A DNA stretch of 64,000 bases. It comes from Candidatus Nomurabacteria bacterium. GTDB lineage: Bacteria; Patescibacteriota; Patescibacteriia; HK-STAS-PATE-3. The stretch is taken from positions 160,001 to 224,000 of the forward strand of contig CP060223.1 in assembly GCA_023898465.1 (NCBI GenBank), written 5' to 3'. The notes beneath the pieces are model-generated. The model saw nothing but the letters and a program-made list of their open reading frames with translations. It was not told the origin of the DNA and did no database searches. Positions 1 through 9,126 of this stretch are shown piece after piece. Positions within the stretch are counted from its first letter, which is position 1. The number at the start of each line of letters is the position of its first letter. Position numbers and translations under genes: made by a program.

Positions 1-3000
1 ATGCGTACACTGTCACCGATTATAATATTGGAATGAGAAATGCTTTCGTTACATACGATGGCACTAACCTTTGGTTTGCTAGTAGTGACGACGATGTGGT
101 GAAGCGCGTGAATCCAGCTAATGGACAAGTTACTTCCACCTATCCAGTTGCTGAATACTTCACACCGAGTGGTATACATTGGGATGGACAATATGTTTGG
201 GTAAAAAATAAAGTTGACACCTCCGAATATCAGCTCATGCGAATTGATGGGTCAAGTAATATTTATTTACCAGGCCCTCTCGGCGGTTTTTTCCCAATTG
301 CTGAAAATTATCCAGATCCTTTTGCTCGATATCAAAGCGATAGATTCTTTGCGCGAAATGGCACAAACACATATCACGATAGTATTTATCGAGTTGACGC
401 AAGCGGAAACATCCTTGTTGAGGATTCACTTTATAGTGGGGGAAATAGCGAATACCGTCATGATGGGCTTCATGTTATTGACGGTTCCACGGTACTTGAT
501 TTCTATACCCGCTTTATACCGGGAACCACTACCTCCCCAGTAGATTTCGGTTTTGTGAAACGCAATAGGACAACCCTTGATGAAGTTGGGTCCAGATGTG
601 TTTTTCATTCACCTAGCTCGATGCAGCTCCGGGCTGGGGTAAGTATTTGGGATGGTACATACGCCTGGTTTTTCGTTAACGATACAAACTTAGGAAAATT
701 TGTAAAAAAGTTTGATCCAAATAACTGTACGCCGGTATTTTCAACTACAGGCGTAGGTTCTTATGGTTATATTGATGCGACCTACGATGGTGGGCAAAAC
801 ATTTATGCCATGAAGGAGGCAAATCGCATTATCATCGAGCGTTGGGATAAAGACACCAATACGTATTCAGAGATTGTAAATAGAGATTGTAGCGTTTGCC
901 GCCCGCTAAAGATTCAGAAGGTGGGAGATAGTTTGTGGGTTACTTATCAAGATGAAGATGGCGGTAAAGTAACCAAGTTCGATTTTTCTGAAGATGCAAG
1001 CCTGACTATTACCTCAGGTCCAAATGCTTCTCCGGTCAATTCTCGCGACGCTACCGTTACTTGGGCAACAAATCTTAATGCCGATTCCCGGGTTGATTTT
1101 GGCACCACAACCGCATACGGGAGTTACCGTACAGACTTTACCGACACAACGAGTCACAGTATTTTTATTAACGGCTTACAACCAAACACGGTATACCATT
1201 ATAAGGTAACTTCTTGTAATGATTACATTTGTGTTTCATCAAGTGATAGGCAATTCACCACAACTGCCTTGCAAGCTCCGGTGGTAACTATTACCGACCC
1301 GACTGATGGGCAAGAAATTCCCACCTCGACATATACCATGATCGGTAATGCGCACGATAACGACGGACTCATTACCAATGCCGCCTATCGAGTATGTTTG
1401 AATAACTGTACTAGTGAGTCATATTCAACCATTGCGAATCCAAACCAAGCTAACTATAACATTAGCAAGTCAATAAGCTTTTCTGGCTATGGTACTTTCC
1501 ATATTCAGGTGCGGGCTCGTGATAATGACAACCTCGAATCAGTAGCTTCAATACATGTACATCGAGGTGCGACACCTGTGGTGAATATTACCAGCCACAC
1601 CAATGGTCAATTGGTTGATACTACTACTATTGATATTTCCGGTAGCGCAACTGACGCCGATGATGCTATTACAACCCCGATGCGGGTTAGTGTGAACGGG
1701 GGAGCTTTCCAAAATATCCCCATTACTTCGAGCCAGAACGTAAGCTGGGGACCTAAAACCATCACTCTTGACTTGGGTGGTAATACCATTCGAGTTGAGG
1801 CTACAGATGCAAGTGGAAATGTTGGCTTCAAGCAAATTGTGGTAAATCGTGGCACGCCGCCAACTGTTGATATTACTTCCCATAATGATGGTGATGAAGT
1901 ACATAGTAGCTCAGTGGCACTATCCGGTACGGCATCTGATAGCGACGGCACAGTGAATCAGGTGCAGGTTCGCGTCAATGGCGGTGCGTGGAGTAATGCC
2001 TCTGGCACGAGTAGTTGGTCAAAATCAATTACCGTGAGTGCTGGGTCAAACTTGGTTGAGGTGCGGGCTCGTGATAATGACAGTCTCTATGGCTATGATC
2101 AGGTAACGCTAATCTATACGATCCCTGATTATACCTTTGAGTTAATCTCCGATAGCCCGCTCACGAAACAACGAGGAGAAAACGCAGAATATACCTTCCG
2201 ATTAAGCGGTATAAATGGATGGAGCACGGCGGTGAATTTAACCGTTGATCAGCGAGATGGCGTTCCAGTGGGTAATTTCACCTGGAGTCGAACAAGTGTG
2301 ACTCCTGATGCAGATGGTGAAGAAGTTACTTTGACCGTTACCACCTCAAACTTAAATCCATCAAGCAGTCCCTTTAATATGCGCGCTAAGGCTGATAAAC
2401 AAGGTGGCGGTAATATTAAGTACGCAAACTTTGATCTGATTTTGACTGATGGACCTGACTTTACCCTGAGCTCTCCAGACACCAGCGAAACTATTCAACC
2501 AGGACAACAAGCACATTATGTCTTGAATTTGGTTGAATCAGTGCCGAGTTATACTTTCCCGGTTGCCTTAACGACTGATTCAATTACCAAGCCGACCGGC
2601 GGCGATCCAGCTGACCTCACTATAAATTACGCCCCTGCTTCAACAACACCAACACCGCATGGCGCTGGGACGTCAGCAGTAACCATTTCAACCGCCAGCG
2701 ATATTCAGGTTGGCACATGGGTGGTAAAAGTGAAGGCAAGTGGAAGCGACCCGCTCTCCCGCATTAAATATCTTGACCTCACGATTATCATTGGTGACGC
2801 GCCTGACTTCGAGATTACTGCAACACCTTTGACGCAAATAGGTGAGTTCGGTGGCACAGTAACCTACACCTTAAACTTGCGTGAAACTATTCCTGAATAC
2901 ACCTGGCCAGTCGCGGTAACCTTAGATCAGGTATGGGGAAATGATGAAGGCGATCAAAGTAGCAAAATTACCACGACAAGCTTGCCACAAAATGTGACTC

Positions 3001-4469
3001 CCGGTGATTCTGCCGGACCTGGTACAAATCAAAATGTAGTAATTAACATTGCAGCAGACGCGCCGGCGGATACCTACACCTTAACCTTTAAAGGTGCTGG
3101 GACAGATCCACTAAATAAGACACATTTTGTGACTGTCGAGCTTGTGTTGCAAGATGTCGACTTTGACATTTATCACACTCAAGGCAGTACCTACCTTCAA
3201 ATTCAAAAAGGCACTTACCGTATATGGGACATAAAAGTAAAATCAATTAACGGTTTTACTGAGCCAGTGCGGACGACCTTAGAGGATGAATGGCCAAATG
3301 ATCCAGAAGCCTGGGATCATATTGCTGCTGAGTTTGTGAACAGCGGCACAAAAGAAATTATTGTCATACCTCCAGCTGACGGTGAAGTAGACGCTTCAGT
3401 TATCATTCGACCTGGTGGAAATACCCCGTGTGGCTTTTATCACATTACTGCGCGCGGTCGGGACGATCAAGTAGTTGGCCCACCTGATACCGCACATAGT
3501 GTCTTGGTAAAATTTGAAGTTGTTGGTTGTGAAGAAGAGGATACTGAGCCGCCAGTCATTGATCCAGCGCAGATTTCTTGCAGCCCGGATGTTGATAGAA
3601 TTACGGTCAACTGGACAACTGACGAGCCGGCCAATGGTACGCTCTTCTATGGCACAAATAATCCGCCAACTGGATCGAAAGCAGAAAATAATGGTCTGGT
3701 TACCAGCCACAGCGTTACGGCAACAGGCTTAAATCAAAATACGACCTACTATTATCAGGTGCAGTCGTGTGATGAGGCAGGCAACTGCAGTGAAAAGATC
3801 CCAGTTCCACCGGGCACATGTCAAACAACAGAATTTATTGACAATGAAGCGCCAGTTGTCAGCTGGGTCGAGCCAAGTGATGGTCAGACCGTCAGCGGTA
3901 CTATTGCTATGAAAGTGAGCGCGACGGATAATATTGGTATTCAGGATGTTCGCTTCCTGGTAGATGGCGCACTCATCAGCACAGATACAAACCCGCCAGG
4001 CTGCGATCCATATTATTGCTATACTACCTGGGATACCACCTTATACTCAGATGGTAATCATTCATTAACCGCAACCGCTCGCGACACTGCAGGTAATCCA
4101 AGCTCTCGAACCATTGTCGTTACAGTTATTAACGACACGACAGGGCCAATGTGTAGCAACTTAAGCTATGAGGTGGGCGCTACATGGGCAAATATTAGCT
4201 GGAGCACGAGCGAAAATTCTGATTCTCGCGTATACTATTGTCGAGAGGGCTATCCTGGAGAACCAGAAACCTGTGGCAATTGCGGCAGTGATGGATATTG
4301 CGCAAATGATCAGCGCGGACCTGACTGCTATTATTGTCAGGCTCAGATTCGTAACGAAAGCGTCATAAGTCACTTAGTTACCTTGAGCGACCTTAACCCT
4401 GGATCCCCGTATCATTTCATGGCTGAGTCATGTGATGATGCTGGAAATTGCGGCCAATGCGGCGGCTAG
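1..4469 (+). CDS. Large extracellular protein, 5'-truncated by the window edge. It has beta-propeller-like N-terminal repeats, tandem Ig-like/FN3-like modules, and a Cys-rich C-terminus.
   Basis: The reading frame is open from nt 3. The first ATG is at 33, but no signal peptide follows it, so the start probably lies upstream of the window. Repeated motifs (TNLWFASSDD, QYVWVKN, YAWFFVND) look like propeller blades. The protein contains FN3-like modules (SRVDFGTTTAYGSYRTDFTDT...NTVYHYKV; RITVNWTTDEPANGTLFYG...TTYYYQVQSCDEAGNCS). Internal repeats are present (VEVRARDNDSL and IQVRARDNDNL; an identical 22-nt stretch at 1507 and 2059). The tail is very Cys-rich. Confidence 0.8.
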   Translation, partial: AYTVTDYNIGMRNAFVTYDGTNLWFASSDDDVVKRVNPANGQVTSTYPVAEYFTPSGIHWDGQYVWVKNKVDTSEYQLMRIDGSSNIYLPGPLGGFFPIAENYPDPFARYQSDRFFARNGTNTYHDSIYRVDASGNILVEDSLYSGGNSEYRHDGLHVIDGSTVLDFYTRFIPGTTTSPVDFGFVKRNRTTLDEVGSRCVFHSPSSMQLRAGVSIWDGTYAWFFVNDTNLGKFVKKFDPNNCTPVFSTTGVGSYGYIDATYDGGQNIYAMKEANRIIIERWDKDTNTYSEIVNRDCSVCRPLKIQKVGDSLWVTYQDEDGGKVTKFDFSEDASLTITSGPNASPVNSRDATVTWATNLNADSRVDFGTTTAYGSYRTDFTDTTSHSIFINGLQPNTVYHYKVTSCNDYICVSSSDRQFTTTALQAPVVTITDPTDGQEIPTSTYTMIGNAHDNDGLITNAAYRVCLNNCTSESYSTIANPNQANYNISKSISFSGYGTFHIQVRARDNDNLESVASIHVHRGATPVVNITSHTNGQLVDTTTIDISGSATDADDAITTPMRVSVNGGAFQNIPITSSQNVSWGPKTITLDLGGNTIRVEATDASGNVGFKQIVVNRGTPPTVDITSHNDGDEVHSSSVALSGTASDSDGTVNQVQVRVNGGAWSNASGTSSWSKSITVSAGSNLVEVRARDNDSLYGYDQVTLIYTIPDYTFELISDSPLTKQRGENAEYTFRLSGINGWSTAVNLTVDQRDGVPVGNFTWSRTSVTPDADGEEVTLTVTTSNLNPSSSPFNMRAKADKQGGGNIKYANFDLILTDGPDFTLSSPDTSETIQPGQQAHYVLNLVESVPSYTFPVALTTDSITKPTGGDPADLTINYAPASTTPTPHGAGTSAVTISTASDIQVGTWVVKVKASGSDPLSRIKYLDLTIIIGDAPDFEITATPLTQIGEFGGTVTYTLNLRETIPEYTWPVAVTLDQVWGNDEGDQSSKITTTSLPQNVTPGDSAGPGTNQNVVINIAADAPADTYTLTFKGAGTDPLNKTHFVTVELVLQDVDFDIYHTQGSTYLQIQKGTYRIWDIKVKSINGFTEPVRTTLEDEWPNDPEAWDHIAAEFVNSGTKEIIVIPPADGEVDASVIIRPGGNTPCGFYHITARGRDDQVVGPPDTAHSVLVKFEVVGCEEEDTEPPVIDPAQISCSPDVDRITVNWTTDEPANGTLFYGTNNPPTGSKAENNGLVTSHSVTATGLNQNTTYYYQVQSCDEAGNCSEKIPVPPGTCQTTEFIDNEAPVVSWVEPSDGQTVSGTIAMKVSATDNIGIQDVRFLVDGALISTDTNPPGCDPYYCYTTWDTTLYSDGNHSLTATARDTAGNPSSRTIVVTVINDTTGPMCSNLSYEVGATWANISWSTSENSDSRVYYCREGYPGEPETCGNCGSDGYCANDQRGPDCYYCQAQIRNESVISHLVTLSDLNPGSPYHFMAESCDDAGNCGQCGG

Positions 4470-4476
4470 ATATATC

Positions 4477-7400
4477 ATGAACTTTATGCGGTATTCCTTC
4501 CTCCAAGTCGATGCAAAAAAACTGATGCGGATCAGCTTGTTTCTGCTATTGCTTGGAGTTAGCGTATTAAGCAGCAGCAATGGAGCTGGGGCAGCTGGTA
4601 GCGTGGTCATCTCCAATGTCCGTATTAATGATTTAACAACGGGGTATGCTGACATTGGATGGAATACTAACCTCCCTTCAGATTCCATTATTGAGTGGGG
4701 TGTGATTGGCGGAGGCTTGCCAAATCAAGTTGCTGCTAGTGATTTAGTAACGACACATCAACTTCGTTTAGAGCCTTTAGCAGCTGATACGGTCTACGAA
4801 TATCGGGTTGGTTCAAAGCTGGACAGTGAGGCAGAATCTGACCGAGCCTGGTTTCCGGACTCAGGAACAATTACCTTTTCCACACCATCAGGCGGTGGCG
4901 GTGGTAGTGACGAGGGTCCGCGCCTCACCAACATTCAAGTAAATGCAAACTGCTGCAGCGGCACCTTTACTTTCTCAACAAATGAGCCTTCGGCGTATAA
5001 AATTACCATTACCGATGGTCCAAACGCCGTAGGAAATTCAAGTACTTCTGCTCCAGGAAACTTCTTAAACGATTGGTCAGTAGCCTATCCAGCGGACTTT
5101 GTGAATAATATTCCTTTACTGGCCTCAAGTAGCTACGAATATAGAATTGAGTTGACTGATCCAGAGGGCAACTATCGTAGCTACGGACCCTTACCATTCA
5201 GGACTGGGTTGAATCAGTTTGATTATGTGTTTACACCTGGAGTTTGTGCGGAAGATAATACACCTCTTGGTCAATGTAATGAAGATGGCTTCTACTGTGG
5301 ACCAGGCGGCTTGGTTATCAACTGTGAAGTTTGTGGATTCCAATGTCAGGTGGGGGAGACGTGCCGTAATGGTGGAGCCTGTACGACTGATCCGGGCTTA
5401 GGGAATGATTCGTATCAGTGTAATCCTCCATCGTGCTATGGTCGGGCCTGTGTGAATAGCGGCAGCGCTTGTAGTACTGATGCGGATTGTCCTGGCAGCT
5501 CTTGTCAGGAGGGTGTTTTCTTGAGTCCAGCTGGGCCAGGGTGTTACGCATCCTGGAATCAATGTAATGCTAACACTGTAGTGCAGGTTGATCGTGATCG
5601 CGTGTGTAATAAGTGGATGACTTGCCGAACCCAAACGCAGGTAACTAATCCTACAACACAGACAACAGAGAACCTTTGCTATGACTTAGCAGCTTGTGCA
5701 GCCATCGGGCCAAATGGTGAGTGCGCGAAGCCACTCTTTGGTAAATATTGTGTAGGCGATGCATTGCGCTTCTGCTCTACTGGTAATGATTGTGAGTCAG
5801 GACTTTGTAAGCCTGCCTCGGGCACTTATTGTGCTGTTCCACGTCGCCCCAGTCCGACTGAGCCCTATGAATATGTGCCCTGTGATGTGAATGAAGGCGG
5901 TACAAATAATCCAACTTGTTTACCTTTTGACTCTAATGGAAAGTGCACTGAATTTCAGCCGGAAAATGTTACTTATGTAAGTCCAATAGATGTGCAAAAG
6001 ATTAAGTATTTGAGCGGATCAGTCAAAGCAGGTCTTCGCTGGAATACTGGGGTTTCTTTTACTTATGATGGACAGTTTCCTTGGTATTTCATGCCACAAG
6101 ACGGCTCGGTTGTGTCGCTAGGTAACGAGGCATTTGAAAATCAAGAATCAACAACTATTACTAGTAGCAACGGGACTCAGCAAACTGTTATTGATTATAC
6201 AACAAGCCCTTGGTCAGCTTACGGACGTCGCGGCAGTGATAATAGTGAAGCGACTATTACAGTTGTTCCAGAGGATGGAACTGGGCAAAGCAATCCAAAT
6301 CATATATTAAAGATAGACCCCACTGACGCGGGTAGCTATTGTCGCGGTGGAGTAAATGACGGAAACGCATGTTCGGGTGATGTTGACTGCGGCGGTGTTG
6401 CTGATTCTTGTGTTGAGGAGTTTTCCGGAGCGCAAGCCCCATCAAGCCCCTTTTCAACTCTTAATGGTGCAAAATATATTATTTCATTTAAGATACGCTC
6501 CTCTGTCCCTGAGGGTCAAACTATTCAAGCGAGAATTATGTCTCCTAATGGTAGTGTAAGTGAGCTGTGGAGAGGGGAGGTAACGACAAGCTGGCAAGGA
6601 ATAGTTGCTAATCCTGTCCCAGTAAAGGGAGGTAGTGGCTGGTTGCAGTTTGTGCGTTTGTCCGATAATAGTGATCCGTTCTACATTGATGATGTGTCTT
6701 TAAATGTAGCTCTCGGGGTTTCAAAGACTAACAATGCTGAACAACTTAATTATGTTCCCCGATCTTGTCGTTTATATCCAAGCGAAGACTCACTACTATG
6801 TCAGTATCGCGATGACTCCGGAGTCCGATACAAGGGGTGGTATGGCTATTGTCTAGAAAAAGATCCTAAATTTGCTGATCGATGCATTTCTTGGTGGCCA
6901 GTGGATATTATTGGCGGAGAAACCGATGTATATGGGACCTTTGGGTCAGAAATTCAGGCAGGTTATTCCGATCGGAGTCCACTCTATTATTGCGTAGAGG
7001 CTGAAGGGGTTACCGGTGGTGACGAGCTAGATCATGACGGAGATGAAAATGATGTTCCAGTTTCGGAAGTATCCGATGGCTGGAGATTATTACGATCGAC
7101 CATGCAGGGCTATGAAAGTGAGAATGGAAAGTGTAATACTATGCGTTTGTGGTATGGAATTGCTTCGAAAGGATTGCTTGGGGGTTGTGATGATAAAGAC
7201 TTTTTCGGTGACACTGATGGAGATTGTGAATGGAGCGGATGTGATGGAAAAGCTGATTACTCGGTATTTCATTTTGACGATAGTAATAATGACCCTGCTC
7301 ATTTTCAGTGGGATCCAGCTGATGAATATTATAAGAATGAAATTATACAAATATGTATAGATGAAAAAGCTACGACACACAGTGATTGGCATATTGGTAG

Positions 7401-9123
7401 GTTTTGTTTAAATGACGATAATAACTGGAAAGCCCGAAGGGAGCCCGGAGGAGGTAATTTCTTTGAGATCGAAGTAGTTTTTAATACTACTACCGGTAGG
7501 TTAGACGCTTTTAAACTATGGGGTAATGATAAAAGTGGAGATTACGGTGGTTTTGAGGCAAATGTTTCAGTCCAACTGCGTGAAACCTGTAATAAAATTG
7601 TGAAGGTGGTAGATGAAAATGGTCAAAATAAAGCTTGGGCAAGCCGATTATCAATTGGAAGTGGCTATACTATTCGCGACATTAATTATGTACTTACGCA
7701 GGATTTGGCACCTTATGGTGGTGCAGTAACAAGCGCTGGTGATCCATCCACCTGGACTGAAAAATTATACGTTGAACAACCGAGGACAAATGAAAATTTC
7801 ACCTTCCCATATCAATCTCGAGCAGGTTCACCGTTTGCTTGCAAAGGTGATTGTTCAAGTAGGGTTTGTATAGGTGGGGGCTCAACTGAGGGCGCAATCT
7901 GTCATACTGCTGACGATTGTCGAGATAATTCAGGAAACCAGGGCGTTTGTGCTGGTGTAGGAGTGTGTTCTATTTCTCAGAAAGCCTGTCAAGGTAATTT
8001 TAGTGAATCGGGTACTTGCTTAGCGCCTGATGGAACAACGTTAACTGCAGATAAATGTTGTTCCCTAGATAATGCAAGTGATATTTGTATAGGGGGTGCA
8101 GCCAGTATTCGAACTAGTCAGGTATACAATACTGACGATGAATACCAGTGTGAAAAATCCGGCGCTTGGTGTGGCTGTAATAGTCCGACAGATTGTAGTA
8201 ATGTCAATGGTGATACTCTTTGCGAGAGCTATCAAGACGGTGATACATGTAAGGCGATCGCACCCGCAAGTATTTTTAAACGCGCTTTTGCAATTAATAA
8301 CTTGCAGCGTATCTTTTCCGAAAGCTATGGATTCTGGACCTGGAGTCAAAAACAAGGAAAATATATAGCTCAAGAAGGGGCAGAGGATTGGTCGCCACCA
8401 ACTAAGCAATGCCTTGTTTGTAATACTTCACCACAAAAGGCCTGCGACCAGCTTGGAACAACATCTCAATGTGGAGGTGCAACTTGTAATCTTATTAGTG
8501 TTCGAGGAACATATAATACGACTGTTCCCGCGGCAGATTACTGTGGAGTGCGCCCACGGACGTATAATTTTTCGGTAAATGATCAGCAGTCAGCGGATGT
8601 TTCCGATGGATCCTGGGTAAACTTTAAATTTAATTCGACAGCTGATAGTGAGCAGTTGCCGTTAGACTCCCTCTTAATTGATTGGAGCGATGGTCAGCAG
8701 CAATCAGTTTACTTCCCTTATGCGCCAAAATCTGATGCAGGAAATCCACATAACTTGAGTCATCGCTATTTTTGCAGCCCGACGACTCTTGAGAATCTCC
8801 CTACGTGTAACAGTGATCCAAAATTACGAACTTATCCTTGTGCTGGTCCGACTGGAGGGGAGAAACAATATTGTGTATATCAACCTCGCGTGGTTGTTAA
8901 AGATAATTGGGGTTGGTGTAATGGCGTGCCAGCTGATTTTCAAGAAGGCTCAGCATGCCCTTGTGCCGACGGGCAATTCTGTCATCCTCAATATAATATA
9001 TGTGTAGATAATGATTATCTTAACCTCTCATGTGAATCAAGTGATATAAACTTCCCACCGAGCTGGCAAGATTACGCGCCAAACAAAACTATTGAGGTGC
9101 ACGTGCAGCCAATTGGAACTTAG
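4477..9123 (+). CDS. Giant secreted cysteine-rich protein of about 1550 aa, with signal peptide, N-terminal FN3-like domain, and many CxxC/EGF-like Cys clusters.
   Basis: A long ORF with a signal-peptide-like N-terminus (MRISLFLLLLGVSVLSSSNGAGAAG; the alternative start ATG is at 4525). An FN3-like segment follows (VVISNVRINDLTTGYADIGWNTNLPSDSIIEWG...YEYRVGS). Cys is abundant throughout. Coding is uniform and no strong antisense ORFs are present. Confidence 0.8.
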   Translation: MNFMRYSFLQVDAKKLMRISLFLLLLGVSVLSSSNGAGAAGSVVISNVRINDLTTGYADIGWNTNLPSDSIIEWGVIGGGLPNQVAASDLVTTHQLRLEPLAADTVYEYRVGSKLDSEAESDRAWFPDSGTITFSTPSGGGGGSDEGPRLTNIQVNANCCSGTFTFSTNEPSAYKITITDGPNAVGNSSTSAPGNFLNDWSVAYPADFVNNIPLLASSSYEYRIELTDPEGNYRSYGPLPFRTGLNQFDYVFTPGVCAEDNTPLGQCNEDGFYCGPGGLVINCEVCGFQCQVGETCRNGGACTTDPGLGNDSYQCNPPSCYGRACVNSGSACSTDADCPGSSCQEGVFLSPAGPGCYASWNQCNANTVVQVDRDRVCNKWMTCRTQTQVTNPTTQTTENLCYDLAACAAIGPNGECAKPLFGKYCVGDALRFCSTGNDCESGLCKPASGTYCAVPRRPSPTEPYEYVPCDVNEGGTNNPTCLPFDSNGKCTEFQPENVTYVSPIDVQKIKYLSGSVKAGLRWNTGVSFTYDGQFPWYFMPQDGSVVSLGNEAFENQESTTITSSNGTQQTVIDYTTSPWSAYGRRGSDNSEATITVVPEDGTGQSNPNHILKIDPTDAGSYCRGGVNDGNACSGDVDCGGVADSCVEEFSGAQAPSSPFSTLNGAKYIISFKIRSSVPEGQTIQARIMSPNGSVSELWRGEVTTSWQGIVANPVPVKGGSGWLQFVRLSDNSDPFYIDDVSLNVALGVSKTNNAEQLNYVPRSCRLYPSEDSLLCQYRDDSGVRYKGWYGYCLEKDPKFADRCISWWPVDIIGGETDVYGTFGSEIQAGYSDRSPLYYCVEAEGVTGGDELDHDGDENDVPVSEVSDGWRLLRSTMQGYESENGKCNTMRLWYGIASKGLLGGCDDKDFFGDTDGDCEWSGCDGKADYSVFHFDDSNNDPAHFQWDPADEYYKNEIIQICIDEKATTHSDWHIGRFCLNDDNNWKARREPGGGNFFEIEVVFNTTTGRLDAFKLWGNDKSGDYGGFEANVSVQLRETCNKIVKVVDENGQNKAWASRLSIGSGYTIRDINYVLTQDLAPYGGAVTSAGDPSTWTEKLYVEQPRTNENFTFPYQSRAGSPFACKGDCSSRVCIGGGSTEGAICHTADDCRDNSGNQGVCAGVGVCSISQKACQGNFSESGTCLAPDGTTLTADKCCSLDNASDICIGGAASIRTSQVYNTDDEYQCEKSGAWCGCNSPTDCSNVNGDTLCESYQDGDTCKAIAPASIFKRAFAINNLQRIFSESYGFWTWSQKQGKYIAQEGAEDWSPPTKQCLVCNTSPQKACDQLGTTSQCGGATCNLISVRGTYNTTVPAADYCGVRPRTYNFSVNDQQSADVSDGSWVNFKFNSTADSEQLPLDSLLIDWSDGQQQSVYFPYAPKSDAGNPHNLSHRYFCSPTTLENLPTCNSDPKLRTYPCAGPTGGEKQYCVYQPRVVVKDNWGWCNGVPADFQEGSACPCADGQFCHPQYNICVDNDYLNLSCESSDINFPPSWQDYAPNKTIEVHVQPIGT

Positions 9124-9126
9124 CAC

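Noticed and set aside
214-8409. Numerous 60-125-aa ORFs from the six-frame track lying inside or antisense to the giant genes (for example 214..543, 1548..1904, 3396..3710, 5318..5551, 7034..7360, 8065..8409).
   Set aside because: They are fully nested within long, motif-supported ORFs, have no recognisable motifs, and are shadow ORFs in a moderately GC-balanced sequence. The same reasoning applies to all similar nested ORFs across the window (for example 10131..10505, 19763..20146, 26104..26376, 35654..36226, 44376..44603, 58505..58885).
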